Part shown: piece by piece, positions 9,158 through 15,994 of the stretch | Numbering within the stretch: position 1 is the first letter of the stretch | Layout: every line of letters begins with the position of its first letter | DNA from: Anaerolineae bacterium | Lineage (GTDB): Bacteria; Chloroflexota; Anaerolineae; VGOG01 | Reading direction: 5' to 3' | DNA: 64,000 bases | Assembly (NCBI GenBank): GCA_034431315.1 | Contig: DAOUDK010000034.1 | Span: 28,053-92,052, forward strand | Program-made: the position numbers and the translations under genes | The notes under the pieces: generated by a model | Databases searched by the model: none | Told to the model about the DNA's origin: nothing | The model's input: the letters and a program-made list of their open reading frames with translations, nothing else

Positions 9158-9296
9158 ACTCTCGCTCACCCTGTGGCCATTGGCGTTGCTTCATCCGCAC
9201 CGGCAAAGTATCCTCCATGTAGAACCCTATCAACCGTGCTGCTGCGGCAGGCCGCACGGAAAAGTTCACCATCCCATATCTACTCGGGACGCTACC

Positions 9297-9325
9297 ATTA
9301 TACAACATTATCCCCAAATTGCCAA
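9297..9325 (-). promoter_or_regulatory. sigma70-like promoter candidate for the tmk-like/dcd/STAND cluster
   Basis: On minus strand: TTGGCA - 17 nt - TATAAT, about 130 nt upstream of the first tmk-like start. Confidence 0.4.
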
Positions 9326-9449
9326 ACACCAATATGAAAATCTCATTCAGATAGACACGGAAACGGAGTGAAAGGCGGAAGGCCGGATAAGCGCCTGACA
9401 CCGAAAGCGTCCTCTGCGTCGAACGGGGGCAGATGGATGACACCGGCTT

Positions 9450-9478
9450 TGTACAATCTGATGGAAATGGAGTATAAT
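9450..9478 (+). promoter_or_regulatory. sigma70-like promoter candidate for ATP-cone/uridine-kinase-like gene
   Basis: TGTACA - 17 nt - TATAAT, about 60 nt upstream of ATG 9538 which has a GGGAGAGAGGGA RBS. Confidence 0.4.
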
Positions 9479-9537
9479 TGTGGCTACATTCCCGAAAGCT
9501 GAAGCGGTGATGCCAGAGTGGGAGAGAGGGATACGAT

Positions 9538-10896
9538 ATGGCGAAGATTAAACAAGTAGTCAAGCGAACAGGGGCTGTGGTGCCCTTTAAGAAAGAGCGC
9601 ATCACCAACGCTATCTATCGAGCAGCGGTGGCCGTGGGCGGCCGCGACCGGTCCGTCGCAGAGCGGCTGGCCGACCAGGTCGTGGCTATGCTGGAGGAGA
9701 TCACGCCGCCAGGCCACATCCCCACCGTCGAGGAGATCCAGGACATCGCCGAGAAGGTGTTGATTGAGAACGGCCACGCCAGAACAGCCAAGGCCTTCAT
9801 CCTATACCGCGACGAACGGGCCCGTCGGCGGCGGGAGCGGGCCGAGCGCTCAGCCCATCCCTCCAAGAATATCCCCTGGCACAAGCTCTGGGAGGTGCTC
9901 AACTGGGCCGTTGATCACGACCTCCACACCGTCGAGCGCCTGAACGAGCGCATCGCCCAGGGCGAGTTCCCGGAGATCGTACGGGAAACCGATCGGGCCT
10001 ACAACGAGGACATCACCACCGCGTCGGAGGTGATCGGTGAGCGCCGGGACAGCGTAAAGATTGTCATCATCGCCGGGCCCTCCTCCTCTGGCAAGACTAC
10101 CACGACCATCAAGCTCAGCCATCTGCTGACGAAGATGGGCCTCAGCCTGGTCCCGCTCACTGTTGACAACTACTACCTCGACCTGGAACTCCATCCCAAA
10201 GACGAGTACGGAGATTACGACTTTGAGACGCCCCAGGCTCTCGATCTGGAACTCATTAACGAGCACCTGGCACGCCTGATCGCCGGGGAGGAGGTGTGGA
10301 TTCCGCTCTACGACTTCAAAACCGGCAAGCGGCACGACGCCCAGGCTCCCATGCGGGTCGGGCCCGACGACGTTATCCTCATTGATAGCCTGCACGGCTT
10401 GTTCGCCGACATGACGCGGAGCGTGGACGATGAATTGAAGTTCAAGCTGTACATCGAACCGTTGCTGCAAATGAAGGGGCCTGATGGGAAATTCGTTCGC
10501 TGGACAGACCTGCGGTTGATGCGCCGCATGGTCCGCGACGCCACTCACCGCGCCTACAAACCACAGCAGACGCTGGAACACTGGCATTACGTTCGCAGCA
10601 GCGAGATGCGCCACATCATCCCCTACGTCAACACGACCGACTACATCGTCAACAGCGGCCTGCCGTACGAACTCCCTGTCATGCGGGCCAGGATGTTCGG
10701 CCATTTCGAGGAGTGGGTGGAACAGTACAGGGACGATCCGCTGCGCGAAGATGCTTCCACGCGCGCCGAGCGCGTGTATCATCTTCTGAAGTCCGTCACC
10801 CCGGTCGAGGACGATGGCCGGCCTACGGGCGGCTCGGCCATACCGCCCGACTCGCTCCTGCGGGAGTTCATCGGCGGCAGTTGCTACGAGTATTGA
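9538..10896 (+). CDS. ATP-cone domain fused to uridine kinase/phosphoribulokinase-family P-loop kinase
   Basis: N-terminal approx. 90 aa match ATP-cone (KVVKRTGAVVPFKKERITNAI...); central IIAGPSSSGKTTT Walker A and LIDSLHGLF of the Udk/PRK family; stop overlaps start of next gene (TGATG). Confidence 0.7.
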   Translation: MAKIKQVVKRTGAVVPFKKERITNAIYRAAVAVGGRDRSVAERLADQVVAMLEEITPPGHIPTVEEIQDIAEKVLIENGHARTAKAFILYRDERARRRRERAERSAHPSKNIPWHKLWEVLNWAVDHDLHTVERLNERIAQGEFPEIVRETDRAYNEDITTASEVIGERRDSVKIVIIAGPSSSGKTTTTIKLSHLLTKMGLSLVPLTVDNYYLDLELHPKDEYGDYDFETPQALDLELINEHLARLIAGEEVWIPLYDFKTGKRHDAQAPMRVGPDDVILIDSLHGLFADMTRSVDDELKFKLYIEPLLQMKGPDGKFVRWTDLRLMRRMVRDATHRAYKPQQTLEHWHYVRSSEMRHIIPYVNTTDYIVNSGLPYELPVMRARMFGHFEEWVEQYRDDPLREDASTRAERVYHLLKSVTPVEDDGRPTGGSAIPPDSLLREFIGGSCYEY

Positions 10897-11723
10897 TGAC
10901 ATTTTTAGAGAACACCCACGTCGAAATCATCAACCCCCACGTCCCGCGCGGCCGCATCCGCCACGCCCTGTTCGATTTCGACGGCACGGTGTCGCTCATC
11001 CGCGAGGGCTGGCAGGGGGTGATGATCCCTATGATGGTCGAGGTGCTGTTGCAGACGCCCAAGCACGAAGGCGAAGCCGAATTGCGCACTCTCGTCACCG
11101 AGTTCGTGGACCAGTTGACGGGCAAGCAAACCATCTATCAGATGATCCAGCTTTGCGAGGAGGTGCGGCAGCGTGGGGGGGAGCCGCTGGATCCCCTGGA
11201 GTACAAATGGATGTACCTGGATCGGCTATGGGAGCGCATCGAGGGGCGCGTGGCCGGGCTGAAGAGCGGCCAAATCGAGCCGGAAGAGATGATGGTGCCC
11301 GGAGCGGTGCCGATGCTGGAGGCCCTGCGTGCTCGTGGCGTTTCTTGCTATTTGGCTTCAGGTACTGACGAGGTCTACGTGCTGGATGAGGCGGCGGCCC
11401 TGGGACTGTCGTCCTACTTTGCCAGCATCTACGGCGCGCTGGACGATTACCAGAATTACTCCAAGAGGATGGTCATTGAGCGCATCCTCGCCGAGAACCG
11501 TATGAGCGGCCCCGAACTTGTGACCTTTGGCGATGGCTATGTGGAGATCGAGGACACCAGGGCCGTGGGCGGCATTGCCGTGGGGGTCGCTTCCGACGAG
11601 GTCAACCGCCAGGGGATCAACGAATGGAAGCGGAGGCGGCTGATCGAGGCTGGGGCCGACCTCATCATCCCCGACTTTCGTCAGCACGAGTGCTTGATGA
11701 CCTATCTGTTTGGGTCTGGCTAA
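10896..11723 (+). CDS. HAD-superfamily hydrolase (phosphatase)
   Basis: FDFDGTV motif I (DxDGT) about 25 aa from N-terminus, C-terminal GDG..D motif; ATG overlapping upstream stop by 1 nt. Confidence 0.65.
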   Translation: MTFLENTHVEIINPHVPRGRIRHALFDFDGTVSLIREGWQGVMIPMMVEVLLQTPKHEGEAELRTLVTEFVDQLTGKQTIYQMIQLCEEVRQRGGEPLDPLEYKWMYLDRLWERIEGRVAGLKSGQIEPEEMMVPGAVPMLEALRARGVSCYLASGTDEVYVLDEAAALGLSSYFASIYGALDDYQNYSKRMVIERILAENRMSGPELVTFGDGYVEIEDTRAVGGIAVGVASDEVNRQGINEWKRRRLIEAGADLIIPDFRQHECLMTYLFGSG

Positions 11724-11824
11724 AATCTGTGGAAGGTAGTAGCGACTTCAGTCGCTTGGAACGACTAAAGTCGTCACTACCACAAGTTTAAGCCACACCC
11801 TATCTGTTTGCGGAGGATTGACCA

Positions 11825-12781
11825 ATGCTCTACCCCCTTTTCGACCGGAGCAAGCTGAAACTCAGATCTTTGTCGGAGCGAGTGCACGACATGGCTTTGG
11901 CCGAGGTCTTGAACCTGGACGACGATGTTCTACCCTTTGACGACCCCGGCCTGGATCAAGTGGCCGAGCGCGTGACGCAAGCGCATCAGGCCGGAGCTCA
12001 GGTGATCATGATGATGGGCGCGCACGTCATCAAGCGCGGCCTGTCGCGTTTCGTCGTTGACCTGATGGAGCGGGGCATCATCACCCATGTCGGCATGAAC
12101 GGCGCCGGGCCCATCCACGATTTCGAGCTGGCCCTCATCGGCGCGACCACCGAGAGCGTGGCCCGCTACATCCAGGAAGGGCAGTTCGGGCTGTGGGAGG
12201 AGACCGGCCGCCTCAATGAGGCCATCCGGCAGGGGGCGTGCGATGGCCTGGGGCTGGGCGAGGCGGTCGGGCGGATGATCGAGGAGGAGCGATTCCCCCA
12301 TCGCGACGCGAGCATCCTGGCGGCGGGCTACCGGCTGCGGGTGCCGGTGACGGCGCACGTGGGCATCGGCTACGACATCATCCACGAGCACCCCAACTGC
12401 GACGGGGCGGCCCTGGGCGAGACCTCCTACCGCGATTTCCTGGCCCTGGCCCACAGCGTCTCCAATTTGCAAAACGGGGTGCTCCTGAACTTCGGCACGG
12501 CGGTGATGGGGCCGGAGGTCTTCCTCAAGGCCCTGGCCATGTCTCGCAACGTGGCTCACCAGGAGGGGCGGCGCATCAACTGCTTCACCACCGCCGTCTT
12601 CGACCTCGTGCACCTCGGCTCCTATCACCGCGAAGCGTCCAGGGCTGATGCGCGTTACTACTTCCGGCCCTACAAGACCCTCCTGGTGCGCACCGTCCAG
12701 GACGGCGGCGAGAGTTTCTACATCCAGGGCGACCACCGAGCCACGCTGCCGAACCTGTATCGCCTCGTTACCGAGAGATGA
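11825..12781 (+). CDS. hypothetical protein (possibly deoxyhypusine-synthase-like fold; uncertain)
   Basis: 318-aa ORF with protein-like composition; 4-nt ATGA overlap with downstream PfkB gene suggests an operon. Confidence 0.4.
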   Translation: MLYPLFDRSKLKLRSLSERVHDMALAEVLNLDDDVLPFDDPGLDQVAERVTQAHQAGAQVIMMMGAHVIKRGLSRFVVDLMERGIITHVGMNGAGPIHDFELALIGATTESVARYIQEGQFGLWEETGRLNEAIRQGACDGLGLGEAVGRMIEEERFPHRDASILAAGYRLRVPVTAHVGIGYDIIHEHPNCDGAALGETSYRDFLALAHSVSNLQNGVLLNFGTAVMGPEVFLKALAMSRNVAHQEGRRINCFTTAVFDLVHLGSYHREASRADARYYFRPYKTLLVRTVQDGGESFYIQGDHRATLPNLYRLVTER

Positions 12782-13848
12782 TGGACGAGAGACGCCTCGA
12801 CGAATTGCTGAACCGATTCCCTCACCTCCACGTGCTGGTGGTGGGCGACTTTTTTCTGGACAAGTACTTGATCATTGACCGGCGGCTGAGCGAGGTCTCG
12901 CTGGAGACGGGCCTGGAGGCCTATCAGGTCGTGGAGGTGCGATGCAGCCCCGGCGCGGCCGGGACCATCACCTCCAACCTGCGGGCACTGGGAGTCCAGG
13001 TCGCGGCGCTAGGCGTCATCGGCGACGACGGCGGGGGCTACGAGCTGAGGCGGGGCCTGGCGGAGAGGGGGGTGGACATCGAGTCGCTCATCCAGCGGGC
13101 CGACCTCTTCACGCCGACGTACACCAAGCCGATGGTGCGGGAACCCGACGGCCGGGAGCACGAGATCCAACGGCTCGACATAAAGAACCGTGCACCATTG
13201 CCGACGGAAGTGGAGGAGGAGGTCATCGCCCATCTGCGGGCCCTGGCGCCCAAAGTAGACGCGGTGGTCGTCGCCGACCAGGCGCAGGAGCGCAACTGCG
13301 GCGTGATCACCGACCGGGTGCGGGAGGAGATTGGGCGACTGGCGCTCCGCCATCCGGGCAAAGTCTTCGCCGCCGACTCCCGCGAGCACATCGGGATCTT
13401 CCGGCACGTTATCGTCAAGCCCAACCGACAGGAGGCAACCCTGGCCGTGCGACCGGATTGGAAAGGCGAGTTCACCCTGGAGGCGGCCAGGGAGTGTGGC
13501 GCGGAGCTCTTCCGCCGCAACCAGAAGCCGGTCTTCCTCACTGCTGGAGATCATGGCATCCTCCTGTTCACTGAAAAGGGATGCCAGCACATTCCGGCCG
13601 TGCCGGTAGAGGGCGAGATAGACATCGTCGGGGCGGGGGACAGCGTGATGGCCGGCATCGTGTCGGCCCTGTGCAGCGGAGCCGAGCCTGAGGAAGCGGC
13701 CTTGCTGGGCAACGTCGTCGCCTCCGTCACCATCCAGCAGATAGGCGCCACAGGTACGGCCTCGCCGGCGCAGGTGAGGGAACGATTTAGAACACGGATT
13801 CGCAGGATTGGCGGATTTCTACTCAGTCCGAGCTGTTTGATCCGTTAA
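12778..13848 (+). CDS. PfkB-family carbohydrate kinase (RfaE/HldE kinase-domain-like)
   Basis: VLVVGDFFLDKYL N-terminus and DIVGAGDSVMAG PfkB signature 2. Confidence 0.7.
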   Translation: MMDERRLDELLNRFPHLHVLVVGDFFLDKYLIIDRRLSEVSLETGLEAYQVVEVRCSPGAAGTITSNLRALGVQVAALGVIGDDGGGYELRRGLAERGVDIESLIQRADLFTPTYTKPMVREPDGREHEIQRLDIKNRAPLPTEVEEEVIAHLRALAPKVDAVVVADQAQERNCGVITDRVREEIGRLALRHPGKVFAADSREHIGIFRHVIVKPNRQEATLAVRPDWKGEFTLEAARECGAELFRRNQKPVFLTAGDHGILLFTEKGCQHIPAVPVEGEIDIVGAGDSVMAGIVSALCSGAEPEEAALLGNVVASVTIQQIGATGTASPAQVRERFRTRIRRIGGFLLSPSCLIR

Positions 13849-13944
13849 TCCTGCCCATCCGCTGTTCTGATTTGGAGAATTTGCCGAGAAGGGGTATAAT
13901 AGCCGCGAACCCTGCAAGGGACAAAATTCGAAAGGGGAGTGACG

Positions 13945-14874
13945 ATGAAAATTATGGTTACGGGAGGCGCGGGCTTCATCGGCTCGCACGTGGTGGATGC
14001 TTTGATCGAAAGGGGGCACGAGGTGGTCGTGGTGGACGACCTCTCCACGGGAAAGCGCGAGCATCTCAACCCACGAGCGAAGTTCTATCACCTCGACATC
14101 CGCGATGCCCAGCAGTTGGAAGAGGTCTTCGCCGCCGAGCGCCCTGAGATCGTCAACCACCAGGCGGCGCGCGCCAACGTGCGCGAATCTATGGCCAAGC
14201 CCGTCCTCTACGCCGAGGTCAATGTCATTGGCTCGCTCAACTTGCTAGAACTGAGCCGGAAGTATGAGGTCGAGAAATTCATCTACGCCTCCACCGGTGG
14301 GGCTGTCTACGGCGAGCCGGAGCACCTCCCCGCTGACGAGTCCCATCCCATCAATCCGCTCGATCCCTACGGAGCCAGCAAGCATTTTGTGGAGCACTAC
14401 CTCTACCTCTACGGCGTCAACTACGGCTTGTGCTACACTACCTTGCGCTACCCCAACGTCTACGGGCCGCGCCAGGACCCCTACGGCGAGGCAGGCGTGG
14501 TGGCCATCTTCACCGGCCAGATGCTCAAGGGCGGGGAGCCGGTGATCAACGGCAGCGGCGAGCAAGAGCGCGACTTCGTCTACGTTGGCGACATCGCGGA
14601 GGCCAACATCAAGGCTATGGAAAGGGGCGATGGACAAATCTACAACGTCGGCTGGGGGGTCGGCACCTCTATAAACGAGATCTTCGCCAAGCTGAAGGAG
14701 ATCACTGGCTATGAAAGGAAGGTCGTTCACGGCCCTCCAAAGCTGGGCGAGGTTTTCAAAATCTACCTGGATGCCAGCAAGTCCCAGCACGAGCTAGGCT
14801 GGGCGCCACGGGTCGGATTGGACGAAGGAATGAGGATGACGGTGGAGTATTTCAGAAATGCGCATAGGGATTAA
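13945..14874 (+). CDS. NAD-dependent epimerase/dehydratase (GalE-like)
   Basis: MKIMVTGGAGFIGS Rossmann motif, YGASK catalytic YxxxK; AAAGGGGAG RBS before ATG 13945. Confidence 0.8.
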   Translation: MKIMVTGGAGFIGSHVVDALIERGHEVVVVDDLSTGKREHLNPRAKFYHLDIRDAQQLEEVFAAERPEIVNHQAARANVRESMAKPVLYAEVNVIGSLNLLELSRKYEVEKFIYASTGGAVYGEPEHLPADESHPINPLDPYGASKHFVEHYLYLYGVNYGLCYTTLRYPNVYGPRQDPYGEAGVVAIFTGQMLKGGEPVINGSGEQERDFVYVGDIAEANIKAMERGDGQIYNVGWGVGTSINEIFAKLKEITGYERKVVHGPPKLGEVFKIYLDASKSQHELGWAPRVGLDEGMRMTVEYFRNAHRD

Positions 14875-15994
14875 CGCCCTCTTCCTGGATCGCCCTGAAA
14901 CGGGCAGCGGGCAGTACACGCGCAACTTGCTGGAGGCGCTGGCTAAAGGGGATCCAACGAACGAATACCTTCTTTTCAGCCTAGGCCTACCGCCTCTGAT
15001 GTTTGAGTGCCAGCCTCCAACCTCCAATATCCAATATCCAATATCCAACCTGGCCAAGCTCTGGTTCGAGCAGGTGTCTTTTCCCCTGGCTTGTCGTCGC
15101 GAGGGCATAGACCTGGCCCACGCTCCCTACTTCGCCTCTCCTCTCTTCCCAACGGTACCGACAGTGGTCACCGTCCACGACCTCATCCCCCTCATCTTGC
15201 CCGCCTATCGTGGCTCACTCCTGGTGCGATTATACACTCGATTGGTGGCCGCCGCAGCCCGAAGGGCCGAGGCCATCATCACCGTTTCCCAGGCATCCGA
15301 GAGGGACATCGTGCGTTACCTGCACATCCCGCCAGAGCGGGTCCACGTCACCTACGAGGCCGCAGGGGAGGAATTCCAGCCCGTGGAGGACGAGGCTCAA
15401 TTGGCTGCTATCCGTCAAAAGTATGCGCTGCCCCAGCGTTACCTTCTCTATCTGGGTGGCTTTGATCAGCGCAAGAACCTCTCTACCTTGCTGAGGGCCT
15501 TTGCTCTGCTGGTCAATAAACAGCAGCAGGCCAGGCTTGTTATTGCCGGCAAGTTGCCTGGACGGGACAGCCCGCTATTCCCAGACCCCCGCCGCCTGGT
15601 CAGGGAATTGGGGGTGGAGGGAAGCGTGATCTTCACGGGCTGGGTAGCCGAGGAGGACAAGCCGGCTCTTCTCAGCGGGGCCACGGCTTTCGTTTTCCCC
15701 TCACTCTACGAGGGGTTCGGTTTGCCAGTTGTGGAAGCGATGGCCTGTGGCACCCCCGTTATAGCCTCCAACCGTTCGTCGCTGCCGGAGGTGGTGGGCA
15801 AAGGGGGGATACTGGTCGAACCCACGGACGTGGAAGCCCTGGCCGAAGCCATGGAGGTGCTCCTGGTTGATGACGCTCTCAGGGCTGAGCTGAGGCAAAG
15901 GGCTTTGGCCCAGGCAGCTAAGTTCAGTTGGGAGCAAACGGCGCTGGAGACATTGGCCGTTTATCGGAAGGTAATTGGCGGCAGGAATGTCTAA
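14858..15994 (+). CDS. glycosyltransferase family 1 (GT4-like)
   Basis: EGFGLPVVEAMACGTPVIAS E-x7-E region typical of GT-B family 1. Confidence 0.8.
   Translation: MRIGINALFLDRPETGSGQYTRNLLEALAKGDPTNEYLLFSLGLPPLMFECQPPTSNIQYPISNLAKLWFEQVSFPLACRREGIDLAHAPYFASPLFPTVPTVVTVHDLIPLILPAYRGSLLVRLYTRLVAAAARRAEAIITVSQASERDIVRYLHIPPERVHVTYEAAGEEFQPVEDEAQLAAIRQKYALPQRYLLYLGGFDQRKNLSTLLRAFALLVNKQQQARLVIAGKLPGRDSPLFPDPRRLVRELGVEGSVIFTGWVAEEDKPALLSGATAFVFPSLYEGFGLPVVEAMACGTPVIASNRSSLPEVVGKGGILVEPTDVEALAEAMEVLLVDDALRAELRQRALAQAAKFSWEQTALETLAVYRKVIGGRNV

Noticed and set aside
9850-10902. 350-aa ORF on the minus strand antisense to the ATP-cone kinase gene. Other long antisense ORFs behave the same way, including 11930..12736, 26571..27587, 59438..60580 and 62078..63364.
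   Set aside because: These are typical high-GC shadow ORFs: Arg/Gly/Ala-rich, no motifs, and they fully overlap well-supported genes with clear domain signatures on the other strand.
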